Positions 25,739 through 40,684 are shown, numbered from the whole stretch's first letter. The stretch is DNA of 63,993 bases, filler included, from Octopus bimaculoides (GCF_001194135.2; 5 parts of 5 records of this genome joined end to end with filler, not necessarily neighbours in it); one strand, 5' to 3'. The notes: generated by a model from the sequence alone, not told the origin. Translations and numbers: made by a program.

Positions 25739-26127
25739 AGTCGGGCCATGTGCAACAGGTGTGTTGCAGAGTCAGGCTGTGTGCAACAAGTGCGATGTGG
25801 AGTCGGGCTGTGTGCAACAAGTGCGATGTGGAGTCGGGCTGTGTGCAACAGGTGTGTTGCGGAGTCAGGCTGTGTGCAACAGTGAGTCGCGGAGTCGGGC
25901 TGTGTGCAACAGTGCGTCGCGGAGTCGGGCTGTGTGCAACAGTGCATCGCGGAGTCGGGCTGTGTGCAACAGGTGCGTCACGGAATTGGGCTGTGTGCAA
26001 CAGGTGCATTGCGTAGTCGGGCTGTGCAACAGGTGCGTTGCGTAGTCGAGCTGTGTGCAACAGGTGCGTTGCTGAGTCGGGCTGTGTGCAACAGGTGCGT
26101 TGCTGAGTCGGGCTGTGTGCAACAGGT
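25739..26127. repeat. GC-rich 29-31-bp minisatellite (AGTCGGGCTGTGTGCAACAGGTGCGTTGCGG), about 13 visible units, running into a gap
   Basis: Unit starts at 25801, 25832, 25863, 25893, 25923, 25953, 25984, 26015, 26044, 26075 and 26106. Confidence 0.95.
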
Positions 26128-26227
26128 NNNNNNNNNNNNNNNNNNNNNNNNNNNNNNNNNNNNNNNNNNNNTTAATTAATTAANNNNNNNNNNNNNNNNN
26201 NNNNNNNNNNNNNNNNNNNNNNNNNNN
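26128..26227. other. Artificial 100-bp scaffold spacer (44 N + TTAATTAATTAA + 44 N); also at 52200-52299, 59900-59999 and 62892-62991
   Basis: Identical geometry occurs four times; the 12-mer gives stops in all six frames. Confidence 0.95.
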
Positions 26228-27447
26228 ATATATATATATATATATATACATATATATGTGTCATATGAACATGTGTGTATATACGCGTTTGTGCATCTGT
26301 GTCCAATTGTATCTGTCTAAATAGTGTGCATGCCATGTAACTAAAGCTCGTAAGGCAAGTTATCAATATGTATTTATATTACGAAAATTAAAAAGAATAT
26401 TGTGAATCATTTTAAAATGATAGGAAATTCTTCATTCTATTTTGAAATTATTTTTATGAAAATGTTAATTACCAACGCCATCTGCTTTTTGATGGGACAA
26501 TAAAACAGAATGTTAATAAGATATGTAAACTTGAACATTTTGAAAGGAAATTAAAACGAAAAACAGCAATGCTTTATAATTTGTAGAGCTTTATAGAAGC
26601 ATCTTTTTCTGTACCACATGCACACACACTATGTCACACACATTCCATATATGTGGCGAGGGGGTATAAGTGTGCATATTTGTATGCATGTATGTATGTG
26701 CGTGTACACGTAACCGTATATCACTCTCTTGGGAGCATAGTATCCCCTGTCGATTACCTCGTACGTATGCGCTTTGTATATACATATATATATATATATA
26801 TATAGAAATATCTATATAGAGAGACAGAGAGACAGAGAAAGAGAGAAATATATGTATGTAAATATATTATTTCNNNNNNNNNNNNNNNNNNNNNNNNNNN
26901 NNNNNNNNNNNNNNNNNNNNNNNNNNNNNNNNNNNNNNNNNNNNNNNNNNNNNNNNNNNNNNNNNNNNNNNNNNNNNNNNNNNNNNNNNNNNNNNNNNNN
27001 NNNNNNNNNNNNNNNNNNNNNNNNNNNNNNNNNNNNNNNNNNNNNNNNNNNNNNNNNNNNNNNNNNNNNNNNNNNNNNNNNNNNNNNNNNNNNNNNNNNN
27101 NNNNNNNNNNNNNNNNNNNNNNNNNNNNNNNNNNNNNNNNNNNNNNNNNNNNNNNNNATATATATATATATATATATATATAATACATATATATATATGT
27201 ATGTATATATACATGTATGTATATATGTACATATACATACAAATATACATATATATACACGTATATGCATGTACGTATGTATGCATGTGTGTACATATGA
27301 ATGTACAGATAGACACATAGACATCCACACATGCAAACGTACGCCTACATGCGAAAAGAACGCGTACTTTATGAAAATGTTCATGGAATACTGCTCATAA
27401 AGTGGAACAATTTGCCATAGAATGAAATAGATTTTTCTCTAACTATA

Positions 27448-27497
<50 letters not shown>

Positions 27498-27500
27498 CAC

Positions 27501-27501
<1 letters not shown>

Positions 27502-27590
<89 letters not shown>
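27502..27590. repeat. (GATA)n microsatellite; one of many (AT)n, (CA)n, (TATG)n, (GATA)n and (AAT)n tracts
   Basis: Direct observation. Confidence 0.97.
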
Positions 27591-28499
27591 GTGTGTATAC
27601 ATATATACATATTTATACATATACATATATATATGTAGAAAGAAAGAGAGGGGGGTTAAGGTGGAAGAGAGAGGGAGAGCAATAGGAAGTGATGGAGGGA
27701 GAGACAGATAGCTAGATAGCCATATAAACTGTGAGGCTGACAGGCAGCCAATCAGCCAGTCAGACAGACATACAGCCAGAGAGAGATAAACTGACAGTTA
27801 GACAAACAGGCAGACAGACACATACATACGGGCATAGACAGATATATAGATATACATGCGTATATAATAAGTGTGTGTGTGTGTGTGTGTGTGTGTACGC
27901 AGATGCCTAGGAGGAAAATGTATTTCGTTCCGTGGCAGAGAGATCAACAACATGAGCAGTAATCGATAAAGATTATTCATGGCATGAATCAGTATTTCTC
28001 GGTGGTCAAAGTGACATTGAAATCTCTGTTGGAAAAATTAACATATATCTTGTAAGTTTTCGGTAGGGTCAAAGCTACTTATTATGACCGCAGAAAAAAA
28101 AATTGGATGATGTAGAAATATCGGAATCGCCAAATAAATGAGGATAGCGATTTCCTTTAAGGCAAATTTAAATATTCCCTGGGGACATATCTCCATAACA
28201 AGCCGCATAATTCTGTAATGATTTGAACTCCCTGTTCTTGTATGATTAGCTTTGTCCGGATTATTGGATTGGATTCAACAGGGATGGGATATAGCTGTGT
28301 GGTTAAGAATCGTATTCTGAAAAATATTAATTTCCTGCTCTGTTTCCCGGTGTACAACACTTCTTAAGACAAATGTCTTTCTCATAACCCCGGTTTGTCC
28401 AATTGTCATATGCGGTTTGTATTCCACGGTGCAACACGAGACATAGCAATGCATAAATCTAACCCTATAAACACTGACTTGATATACAATATTTCTCAA

Positions 28500-28867
28500 A
28501 ACTGTATTAGATAATGAATAAACCTAACGTTGTAGTTATACGATTGAACGGCATTTAAGTTGGCATAAATTCCGTGTTTTTAACTCTCGGTTCTATTGAA
28601 AATTTAGCCCCTGCTTTTCACGGGCTTTGTATCTTTTACCAAAGTATGCAAGGCATTGCTGAAAAATGTCTGGCTTAAAGGATAACGAGAAAGGCCTGTT
28701 TGGAGGCCCGACCTTCCGAGTTCTTTTACAGCGTTTAAGCAAACTGATTGAAAGCTGCAATAAGTGTATGAATCTGAGACAGAGACATGCTAAATAAAAT
28801 TATAATTAACCGATTCTCCCGTATTTTCCTTTACGCAAAGTCAAGAACTTTTCAGTACCACCTCGTA
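28500..28867 (+). mobile_element. Mariner relic, 3' end with right TIR
   Basis: Ends AAGAACTTTTCAGTACCACCTCG-TA. The upstream AAACTGATTGAAAGCTGCAATAAGTGTATG matches the transposase C-terminal KL.ERW.KC motif. Confidence 0.7.
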
Positions 28868-28989
28868 TACGACCAAGTTTTCATAATGCATCACTCACAG
28901 CATTGGTGACACTCTTATACATATATATATATATATAATGTGACCCACACATTAAAATCGGAGGAATTAGGCTAGCAATTAAGGCTTAT

Positions 28990-29312
28990 TTAAGTTATTT
29001 GACTGTGTCCATGGTGGAGCACCGCCTTTAGTCGAGCAAATCGATACCAGGACTTATTCTTTGTAAGCCTTCGTCCTCTTTTGCCGAACCGCTAAGTTAC
29101 GGGGACGTAAACACACCACAAACACAGACACACAAACACACACACACACATACACACACATATATACATATATACGACGAGCTTCTTTCAGTTTTCGTCT
29201 ACCAAGGCTTTGGTCGGCCTGAGGCTATAGTAGAAGACACTTGCCCAAGGTGCTACGCAGTGGGACTGAAACCGGAACCATGTGGTTGGTAAGCAAGCTA
29301 CTTACCACACAG
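28990..29312 (-). mobile_element. SINE family A
   Basis: Close to 53285-53682. Confidence 0.88.
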
Positions 29313-30191
29313 TCAATATATATATACGAAAGAAATGATACAGACAGAAAATGGAATACACGGGATAATTTACTGGTCACGACGATTGTTTCAAAATATC
29401 CTGCATCTATTCCACGCGGGTAGAAAACTATAGGTGTAGTGCATTCCTCGGTACTGAAAGGGTAGACGGAAAGAAAAGGAAGACTGTATGTATGTATGTA
29501 TGTATCTATCTATCTATCTATCTATCTATGTGTGTGTGTATATGTTTGTTCCCCCACCACCGCTTAACAATTGGTGTGGCTACGATTACTTAGGAGTTTG
29601 GTAAAATGATCGATAGAATAAGTAACAAACTTAAAATAAAAAAAAGAAGTACTGGGTCGGTTCATTCGACGAAAANNNNNNNNNNNNNNNNNNNNNNNNN
29701 NNNNNNNNNNNNNNNNNNNNNNNNNNNNNNNNNNNNNNNNNNNNNNNNNNNNNNNNNNNNNNNNNNNNNNNNNNNNNNNNNNNNNNNNNNNNNNNNNNNN
29801 NNNNNNNNNNNNNNNNNNNNNNNNNNNNNNNNNNNNNNNNNNNNNNNNNNNNNNNNNNNNNNNNNNNNNNNNNNNNNNNNNNNNNNNNNNNNNNNNNNNN
29901 NNNNNNNNNNNNNNNNNNNNNNNNNNNNNNNNNNNNNNNNNNNNNNNNNNNNNNNNNNNNNNNNNNNNNNNNNNNNNNNNNNNNNNNNNNNNNNNNNNNN
30001 NNNNNNNNNNNNNNNNNNNNNNNNNNNNNNNNNNNNNNNNNNNNNNNNNNNNNNNNNNNNNNNNNNNNNNNNNNNNNNNNNNNNNNNNNNNNNNNNNNNN
30101 NNNNNNNNNNNNNNNNNNNNNNNNNNNNNNNNNNNNNNNNNNNNNNNNNNNNNNNNNNNNNNNNNNNNNNNNNNNNNNNNNNNNNNNAAAC

Positions 30192-30235
<44 letters not shown>

Positions 30236-30238
<3 letters not shown>

Positions 30239-30450
30239 CGGCGTGTTGGCAAAATCGTTAGCACGCAGGGCGAAATGCTTAGCGGTATTTCGTCTGCCGC
30301 TACGTTCTGAGTTCAAATTCCGCCGAGGTCGACTTTACCTTTTATCCTTTCAGGGTCGATAAAATAAGTACCAGTTGAACACTGGCATCGATATAATCGA
30401 CTTATCTTCTCCTCTAAAATCGCTGCCTTTGTGGCAAAATTTGAAAGCAT
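30236..30450 (+). mobile_element. SINE family B preceded by (TTA)n
   Basis: Close to 10571-10795. Confidence 0.88.
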
Positions 30451-31281
30451 TATTTCTAATAAGTTAAATCTAAAATGAAAGGAAAATTTAAGTGAGTTAT
30501 CAGCTGTTGAAGTGTTTATATATTTTTGCAATGCTTTGTATATACATACAGATACGCTCACATTTCTCAATAGTTCAACTTTGAGACAGGAAAGAAAGCG
30601 CAAGTCAGTAGATTTGCTAACCTTTGACTACGAACCTGACCTTAATGCTTATAAGAAGGCAGATACGGCTAAGCATCCAGTGGCTGGTGCTGAAACGAGA
30701 AGTATGGAATTTTTGTCTTTCTTAATCCCGAAAATAATAACTTGCCACCTGAACAATAACGCAGAACCTAAGATTTTTATTTCTATATTCAACTATTTAT
30801 TTATTCATTCATGTGGTTGCCCAGCGACAGTTTAATAGAACATTCCATTCTTTTGCTATTTTGCTTTTTTTTTTCTTCTTATATTGATGTTATATTATTT
30901 CTTCACTTTCAGTTTATTCGTCTTTGACAGTTTTCAACATACCTCTTTCAGTTTATGATTCGTAACGTAACCGAATAAGTTTGGCAATTTAACCCTCAAA
31001 TTACCAAGGGGGAAAACTCATACACATCTTACACTAATGTATATGCTACGAACATTCTCTGAATGATTATTCGTTCGTATACACCTTGTCATTTTATACA
31101 GTTGCAGAGATAGATATATCATCGATTTCTTGTATCACCTTGGCAGATTTATAAGATTATGTAGTTCCTAACAAGAGATGGGGTTCTACAATTGTGTAGC
31201 GTTTTATTGGTCACAGCATAAATTTATCTGTTATATTGTGGGCTGATATTATCTGCTAATACGAAGATATGTTATACTTGT

Positions 31282-31323
<42 letters not shown>

Positions 31324-32199
31324 CATACGTAAGTAGTAACTTGACTTTATATATGTGCACACTATATACGTGCATAGTGTGTATGTAGATATATATCCAT
31401 TTCCTTATATATAAATAATGTATATATATATAAAGATAATATAATAATGTCCATACAGAAGTATATATCTATTTTACACACGCACACACACACATACACA
31501 CATACATATATATGTATATAGTGTATGCAAACGAAACAGAAATATATTGTCCTATTTTATATACATATAAACTCTAATACAAACATACACATACACAGAT
31601 GCGTACGCCAGCAAGCAACAACACAAACGCACACTCGAAAATACATATGTGCACGTACCTTTTTTGCTTGTGAATGAATATATTTGCCTGTTTTGATATA
31701 TGAGAGGCCTTGCTTTATTTGGTTGCGTATGTATGTGGCTGTGCATCCTATACATCTACTTCTCCGTTCCGTTATGCATATATACATATATGTATTTATA
31801 CATACATACATACATACATACATACATACATACATNNNNNNNNNNATATAAACCAATATGAAGGAGGACTGCAAATAAATATAATTCAAATGCCAGAAAG
31901 TTAGATGACTGTATCATTTTTCACATAATTGTTCAGAAATTTCATCGAACATAAAATAAAGTGCTGAGCATGACAACCATATACTTATACAGTTGTGTTA
32001 GCAAAGTTGAATGTTTAACAGTTTGCACGAATTGATTTCCTGAACAGAAGGACCTTGCCGTGCTTTAGAATTATACGGAGTAAATCACATATCGATAATT
32101 TTAGTGATAAAAGATTATTTATTTGTCTTTGTGCAACAACGAGTCTTTAATGTGTGAGTATGTTGTAAAGATGATGGTTTATTCGCCATTGAATATTAG

Positions 32200-32650
32200 T
32201 AATGGAATTGAATATGTACTAAATTGCTGGTAATAAATTTGTATTTTCCCTTCTGTGGTGTTTGTCGTAAGGAATGGAAAATGTCTATAACCCGCGCTGG
32301 AGATACTCCAAATTTTCTGGAAGTGATGTTTAGAGTGAACAACAGCAAGTGGTCGACTATACGAGAAACATGGCGCCGACGGAATTGCACAGGGGTGACT
32401 TTGAAGGGGCGGAAGAAGGATTGCGAATTTTGATTTGCTTGGGTATAGGAAAGGAGAAGTAGATTGGTTGGTTTATCGTCAGTCGTGACAGAATATGTTT
32501 ATAACGGGTGCTGGAGATCGTCCAAGGTAGGTCAGTTTCAAGTGAGGTATGTTTAGATCGAACGACTGCTTGTAGTTGACAGTACAAGAAACATGGTCGC
32601 CGACGAAACTGCATTGGTTTGACTTTGAGGAGAAAAAAAAACAAGGTTGA
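32200..32650 (-). mobile_element. Two tandem CR1-like 3' relics
   Basis: Repeated GAAACATGG(T)CGCCGACG block; minus-strand translation PMQFRRR resembles CR1 PLQFRRD. Confidence 0.4.
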
Positions 32651-32989
32651 GAACTGGGATTAATGTGAAGCTCATGAGAAGAAATTCATAATGGGTTGAT
32701 TAATTATAAATAGGCTTCCATGCCAAGAGGAATTAATTAAAAGTTTACATGCAACCTGGTGTGGAATATAACTGACGAATTGTAATGTCGTTAGCGTGTG
32801 GAATAGAATGTCTGATGCTATTCATTCCAATTTTCTATATTCCGCCGACATTACCCATCGCTGGGTACTTTATTTATCGATAAAATACCAAACAAGTAGT
32901 CGAGTCGATTGTTCTTTCTGTTTCTTTTCTTTTCTATTCTCTCTCTATTCTTCTCTGAAAAGAAATTGGCTGAAATGTAGTGAAAACGT

Positions 32990-33480
32990 AATGAGTTCTG
33001 TTAGTTTTAAAGCTCCAAGGCTTGCTGTGTGTCACGACGGAAATCTATGCACTCAATTCCGAAGTTGAAGATTCGTAGCAGGAAAATTTGTAGGAAGATA
33101 CGTGAGGTGCTACCTCTGAGCGGTAGAGGCCATCATAGTATCGGTATATGAGAACTAAACATTGGAGAGTCCGAGTAATAGGCTTGTAGCCGAGATCTGA
33201 AAGTAATATTTCATAAGAGAGTCACACCTGATGGAAATAGAAGAAAAGAACGAATCACTACCTAAGAGATTTGTAGAGATTTATAATCTCTATACGCCAT
33301 TGGGACATACGTAGCGTTTATTTACTTTTTTTATATATTTATGCAGAATATGGCAGTAGATTGACAGACTTGGCTGACTCTTGAAAGCGCCGGAATAGAT
33401 GGCTTATATTTAGATATAGCCCTCTACAGTTCGAACGCCATTTGGAACATCTACCTTAGGTGATGTTTCTTCATCATAGT
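32990..33480 (-). mobile_element. CR1/L2-type LINE RT C-terminal relic
   Basis: Minus-strand translation ...CLVLIYRYYDGLYRSEVA... Confidence 0.55.
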
Positions 33481-34221
33481 TGTCTTTAATCTACAACCAC
33501 TGACTGTTTGTAGAATGCCTATGTTGCTTATGTATTCCTGCTATTTGATATTAAATATTGCGTGGTGATTTTGTTTTTTGTTTTTTGTGGGGCAACGCTC
33601 CGAAGTTTTGGGGACTTGACGATAAAGAACCCATGATTTACAAATGCAAAATAATTTTGAAGCGTCAAGATAGAGGGTTAGATATTTCGCTCTTGAAGAC
33701 CCATCTTCCTTGCTTTTAATCCATTCGTGTGTTCAGTATGATTTATAGAAGTACATCAGTTCGAAAGAATGCTTAAAAGAATAGGAAGCTATCATCTTAT
33801 TCCAAACATGCATCAGATATGATGATATTGAAATTCAGGAAGCTGGACTACAGAGTAGGTCTGGCAAAGAGTTTAATTTTCTTCATAGTCTTTGAGAAGC
33901 CCAGCCGATTATATGAACTAGTAAAGTTGTTGGCTGCTTCCTGGATATTCCAGTGTGTATGAGAGAGAGAGAGAAAGAGAGAGAGTAGCACTGTCGTCTG
34001 CTTATTCAAGCATGGACGTGCGTTCGATATTGGTGAATCGACGAAATCCAAATCTCGCTGTCCATTACCAAATGATATCGGAGAACAATACGTGTGTTAG
34101 AAATCGATAATATTTATTAGAGGTAACTTTGATTTCACGGCAAGTTAATATTTCATTTTCTGGCTAGATCTCCATGACTTCACCAGCTAATGTCCATGAA
34201 AAACAACTGTATACCATGCAG

Positions 34222-34272
<51 letters not shown>

Positions 34273-35751
34273 NNNNNNNNNNNNNNNNNNNNNNNNNNNN
34301 NNNNNNNNNNNNNNNNNNNNNNNNNNNNNNNNNNNNNNNNNNNNNNNNNNNNNNNNNNNNNNNNNNNNNNNNNNNNNNNNNNNNNNNNNNNNNNNNNNNN
34401 NNNNNNNNNNNNNNNNNNNNNNNNNNNNNNNNNNNNNNNNNNNNNNNNNNNNNNNNNNNNNNNNNNNNNNNNNNNNNNNNNNNNNNNNNNNNNNNNNNNN
34501 NNNNNNNNNNNNNNNNNNNNNNNNNNNNNNNNNNNNNNNNNNNNNNNNNNNNNNNNNNNNNNNNNNNNNNNNNNNNNNNNNNNNNNNNNNNNNNNNNNNN
34601 NNNNNNNNNNNNNNNNNNNNNNNNNNNNNNNNNNNNNNNNNNNNNNNNNNNNNNNNNNNNNNNNNNNNNNNNNNNNNNATATATATATATATATATATAT
34701 ATATACATGTGTGTGTGTAATATCAGGTTATGTTCGGCTGTATTACATTAAGCGTATCAGTTTGTAATACATATCATACAAAACAATCCCTGAAATCTTG
34801 ATCGCTAAAATACGAACGTGATTAATGTACCGATATAACATATAATCCATCATTTGAATATTATCGAATTCATTCAATCCAAACATTACATTAATATAAA
34901 CACACCTCGAATACGCGATCAAAACGATATCTAAATGACAACCAAAGATTGAAATAGTTATCTCAACCGTGAAGTTTGCCACCTTAGTTACTAATCGATT
35001 CCAACATTCCATAAAATACATATTTTATAGCAAACCTACTGTAAAAATTATCGCCAAAAATGCTATAACATAATTATGATGTTGATGTAGCTAATTTCTC
35101 TTATCACAATACAGGTCAAAAGCAATTACAGAAAACAGCACAAAATTGGCTCGTGAACAACTTCATAACTTGGCACCGTTTTGCTATCATCGCTTTTAAT
35201 ATGATCATCTCAGATATTTGCTGAAGGCTATTGTTCTTATTAATACGCTTATTTATTCTTTCCGTATTGTTCGCATGCATTAAACCTATGGTATTAGACT
35301 ACATTTCTGTAGATAAATGGAAAACAAAATGATATTTTCTACGCATGCGTAGTAATATCTACAATCGGTTTACCGCTTAATAATGGAAACGAAAAGAGAT
35401 GTGTTTGCTTGCAGCTTTTGAACGAATATCTGTATTTCCAGTTGTAATAGTGTCCTACAAATATCTGCATTCCCACGTTGTAATAGGGTCCAAAAATATT
35501 TATTTACCTGGGTATACGCTTCACTCCCAAAATTATGCAGAAGCACTAATGAGATAATTGATTTCCCGTATAATTTACTTTCATATCAGTGGCTTAAGAG
35601 TTGGTGTGAGGTTCTACGTGGCGGAAATAATTAGTTCGTTGCATCTTTGACGGAGACTGAAAAGGGACTGGAATGGCTGTTGCCTCGGCGTAGAACAGAC
35701 ATCGCATGAGACCCCGTTTGCAAATACCGGCTTTCAGTTTTCTATCGCATA

Positions 35752-35806
<55 letters not shown>

Positions 35807-36121
35807 CGCCTGTCACGCACGCACACACGTATACACATGCAGATAGCGAGAGTATGACACTGAGAGAGAGAGAGAGTGAGATGGATCGCTAGCAACACCA
35901 TCAGATAAACAGATATAGATATGTGTGTAGATGTATAAATAAATATATACATACACACACACACACACACACATTTATATATATACATCTGTATAAACGT
36001 ACATACATAAGTACACATGAACGTATAATGTTGTATATACATATATAAGTAAATATATATATTTACTTATATATGTATATATGTATGTATGTATATATGT
36101 GTGTGTGTGTATGTATGTATG

Positions 36122-36162
<41 letters not shown>

Positions 36163-36444
36163 ATTTGTCTATGTATTTATGTTTACACATGAATACACAC
36201 ACATTTATACAGCGTGCGACAGGTAAATTGTCGTCATATTATATTTTTTATTTCGTGCATACACATTCTTTGCTCTTGGTTTTGTCGACTACACACTATA
36301 GTAGGATCACTTGGGCACCGTCTATAAGAAGAACAGCACCATGACGCAATTCACTCAGTCGGAAATTTGAGACGACATGCTATACTGCTTGGCATTTTTA
36401 CCGGAAGCTCCAATACGAACAGTTCAGAGTGCAATCTGAAGACA

Positions 36445-37070
36445 TGTATGGAGTGTGATAAAAATCAAACATCCAGTCGACATCATGGTGTTTAGAGTGA
36501 TCACTAGTGATGGTGAAGTTATGCCTCTAGTCATCTTCCCACGTGGTCTCAGACTCAACACGGAGGCCTACATCAAGTGCCTGGAGGAGGCAGTGCTGTC
36601 CTTGGCCCAGAGGGTGACTGCTGGTATAAACTATGTCGGGCAACAGGACTTTCCACCATGCCACACCAGCAGGACAACCCAGTCATGGCTATCAAACAAT
36701 TTCTGCAATCTCATCACCCAAACATCTGGCCACCTAACTTCCCAGACTACAACCTCCTTGATTATTATGTGTGCGGCGCAGCTGAGCGAGAAACCAACAA
36801 AACTCCTTGTATCAACAAAAATGAACTGAAGGCAAGGATTATAGCAGTATGTACCGACTTAAACAAGTAGACCGACTAGAAGAGATACAGGAGACTCCGA
36901 TGTCGTCTGGATGCCATGGTTGATGCTAAAGGGGGTTTTATTGAATAAATTTACTCTTTAGTATTTCAGGATATTTTAATGTAATTTTGATAAATATATG
37001 TTAAAACGAGATGTCAGTGTTATTTTCTTTTTTGCGTAATTTACGCGACAGTTTATTCACCGCATCCTGT
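36445..37070 (+). mobile_element. maT/DD37D transposon, 3' half, frameshifted
   Basis: KIKHPVDIMVFRVITSDG...YVGQQD...WPPNFPDYNLLDY; D-to-D spacing is 37 after correcting one frameshift. Ends ...TTTATTCACCGCATCCTGT. Confidence 0.85.
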
Positions 37071-37124
37071 GTTTATATATGAGAGTGTGTGTTTGTGTGT
37101 ATTTGTGTGGGGGAGGGATTAAGG

Positions 37125-37400
37125 CGCATGTGTTAGTGGCTAGCATGTTGCACTCACGATTTTACGATCTTGGGTTCGATTCCCAGACCGGGAGCTGCGT
37201 CGTGTTCTTTCTTAAGCAACGCATCTCGTTTCAGGTTGCTTTTCGATCATTAAATCAACTTACATGTGGCACCTGTTGCACCTGTACAAGTAATGTCGAT
37301 TTGGTAGCGGGAGCGAGCTTATATGTACACTAACATTTGATCACCATAAATAAATCACCTCTGCGATTGTTCGGCAATTTCTTGCCGATCCCTCATACGC
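37125..37400 (+). mobile_element. tRNA-derived SINE (family D-related, diverged)
   Basis: GGCGCATGTGTTAGTGG...GGGTTCGATTCCCAGACC head. Confidence 0.7.
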
Positions 37401-39140
37401 CGTCTAACGACGGGAGAGTCCGTGATAAATAAACATACATGCATATATGCATACATACATATTTGGTGAGGGGGCGTTTTTTGTGTGTGTACATACATGT
37501 ATATCTTTACAAATAACCCCGGTGTGCGTAGGTGCATGTGCGCCCGTGCATGTGTGCATGCGTACCCGCGTCTTTTTATGTGTCTGAATTCATGTGCATG
37601 ACAGCTACATAGCTACATAGCTACATGCATTCTTCCATAATTACATACGTACGCATTGGAAACTACTCAAACTTTCGTGTCGTAGATGCTACCGAAAACG
37701 TTTGTGATCGATACAAGCCTAGTACAAAAAAAATACTGCGTATCGTTTTTGGATAAATGCAAATAGGTCCCATATAGAGAAGAGACCGTGGCAACAATAA
37801 TATTCAAATAATATTACAATGTTAAATAACATAGTACCACTACATTGAGTTGGTTGTAGCATTGTAAGTGTTGGGTTTAGCTCTCCAAAGGAATTTCAAT
37901 TAATGGAGACTTCTGTTTGTTCTACAAAAACGCTCTGAAAGATCCTTTAATTTGATCCGATACATGAAGTGACTAAAACTCCACAGGGATGTAAAATATC
38001 CTGTCGTTTTATGTTTCAGCGGAGAGAAAGTGTTTAATGAAGCTGCCTTCGTTGAGAAGAGGGAGACTTCTTTAACTAGCAAAATAAGCCATCTATAAAC
38101 ATTGCAACAGTATCGATAACAATAGTCCCGTAGATTCTCCTCTCGAGAAATTTGCTAAAACCTATCGACAACCATCGAAAGAAAAAAGGAAAATCAAAAT
38201 ACAGAAGTAGGTTAGCCGCCATTACACGAACCGACACTTAGCGCTCACGAGCAAACAGAAATGAGTAAAGGATGTAAAGAATTCAAACATATTCTCAGCA
38301 TGATTTCGGGTGAATATCAATATTTGCATTAAGAAGGCCCTAGATGAATGAGCAATTCTGTGACGAGTCGATAGAAAGCCAACTGGATTGATGTTATCCC
38401 TTATCGATCAACTAGCAAAATAACACTTAGCACAAATTGCAGCTCCAGGTTTTAAAGGATCAAATATCTTATTGTATTGTGTTGCATCTATCATTCGCCT
38501 ACAGATGAGAGTTACCGAGATCGATGGAATTGATAACACACAAGTAAAATGGATCACCATCAACGGATAATTGGTTCCTACCATTAGATTGAAACAGAAT
38601 AATGAATTCACCAGCCACCAGCTATGAGATTTTTGGTTTGTTTGTTGTTATATCATATAAACTATCAACACCTACGGTGACTGCTGCTGTCAGATGTGGA
38701 TGTTGTATTCTCACAGGTAAACATAAAGCATTGTTATGGTACGAAATTATAATACTGTAGGCTTATTGACTCTAAAAACATTTTAAATCCACAAATTGAA
38801 TATCGCAGCGTGACAGGTCATACAATCACATTTATAAATATTCCTCTACAGGGTGATACAGCGTAAATTGGTTTTGGGATTCGGAATGTAAATAAGCATC
38901 TTATCAGTGATGGAGTATTTTTATATGAGCTACAGAGTGACTGCCGTGCAAAAGTCTCCTCTAAATGTATGATGTCACAAGTGAAACTCTCCTTCCAGAT
39001 CCCTCTTAAAAAAATATCAGTGGATGGCGAAATTCGTGCGCCAATTATACGGACAACACCCGTACCTAGAAAGCAGGGGAGATGCGTAATTATATTACGA
39101 TCATATAGCAAACGTAAATGTTATGTATAATCTATGCCCC

Positions 39141-39224
<84 letters not shown>

Positions 39225-39374
39225 GCACACACATACACACATATGTATGTATGTATGTATACACACACATGACAGAAGAAATAGACATCCTCATAATTAT
39301 TAAGATTTATTTAAACGTGAAATTACACATTCAAACTATTTATCAGTTGTTATAATGTGGATGTTTAATATATA

Positions 39375-40460
39375 GTAGACATGCCCTTTGCATTTTTCAA
39401 TGCAAGGACCCTATTAGTCATGTTGGTGATCAGATGACGAATATTGTCTTGCGGAAGTTTCATGCAGTAATCTTAAAAAAAGAATAAAAAGATCTGGCTT
39501 TGAAGATGCTTTCTTGTTATTTTTTATGAAGTCTCCTGTCCATTGTGTCCCAGGGGTGTTCCATAGGGTCCACATCTGGTGACTGGCTTGGCGATGGTAA
39601 CTTTTCATGTCATTCTCATCCAACAAACCGTGGGTCATTTTAGCCGTGTGACAAGGAGACCCATCTTCCATAAATTAAGAGTTTTCTTTAATCGTTTCAC
39701 CACTGGAGAATATTGGAAGGAGTCCTTTCTGCAATATGGACACATATTTATCTGAGTTTATGTTTCCCTCACACTCCACCACCTCTGATCAGCCATTGCT
39801 CCAAATTGCTTCCCAGACCATTACAAAATAGCTGCCATTTTCATTGTTGCTGCAATCTTTTCATGTCAAATTCTTAATTGCAGAATCTCCAGATCCACAC
39901 TCAAACATTGTCAGGAAATACAGCAAATCTGGACTCGTCAGAGAATTTAACAGTGTCCCAAAATGCTAGTGGCCTCTCCACTACCTCACTGGCCCAATCG
40001 TTTCTCCGCTTGATGTAGGCTGGTCGAAGAAGTGGCTTCCTTCTTCCTGCTCTGTCACAATAATAATCAAAATTGTGGAGATACCTGACAGATGTTCTGG
40101 GACGGACATCAACTTGTTCTGCTATGTCAGAAGGCTTGCAATGAGGATTATCCTTCACATTTCTCTTAGCAAAGGGAAGGGTCCTGTCAGAGGGCCGTGG
40201 TTGATCTGGAGGCGATGATGTGGACTTCTTCCCCTTTCTGGTGGAGAAAACGGGATCCCAAGGTTTTCTGCAATTTTACGCTGATTATGTAAACCTTCAG
40301 AATGATCCACAATACGACCTTTTTGAAATGTAGACAGATCCAAGGCTTCTTTTGTACATAGCTTGATTAAACAGTCACATATAGAATCTGACATAAAAAT
40401 GTCTATTAATAAAAAATATAAATCTAGATAGAATAAACATAACACGACGGTTTATAGAGT
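39375..40460 (-). mobile_element. Tc1 (DD34E) transposon relic
   Basis: LSTFQKGRIV (HTH), RRKPLL, WDTVKFSDESRF, EDGSPCHTAK, SQSPDVDPMEH; spacing of 34 across a frameshift. Confidence 0.88.
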
Positions 40461-40619
40461 GTCTATTTACTTATGTCGTGTATTTGTATATATGGCTAGA
40501 TATAGATATAAATATATGTGTATATGCATACATACATACATACATACATATATGCACATATATGTGTGTGTGTGTGCATGTGTATATATGTATCCACACG
40601 CACACACTCACGCAAGCGC

Positions 40620-40684
<65 letters not shown>

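Noticed and set aside
26172-26183. TTAATTAATTAA recurring four times (also 52244, 59944, 62936) as a possible conserved site
   Set aside because: It is always centred between exactly 44 Ns on each side (100 bp total) and gives stops in six frames, so it is an assembly spacer, not biology.
38020-38570. Plus-strand exon candidates after good acceptors (38020, 38505)
   Set aside because: The frames stop within 10-26 codons, there is no recognisable protein, and there is no phase-consistent link to 14630.
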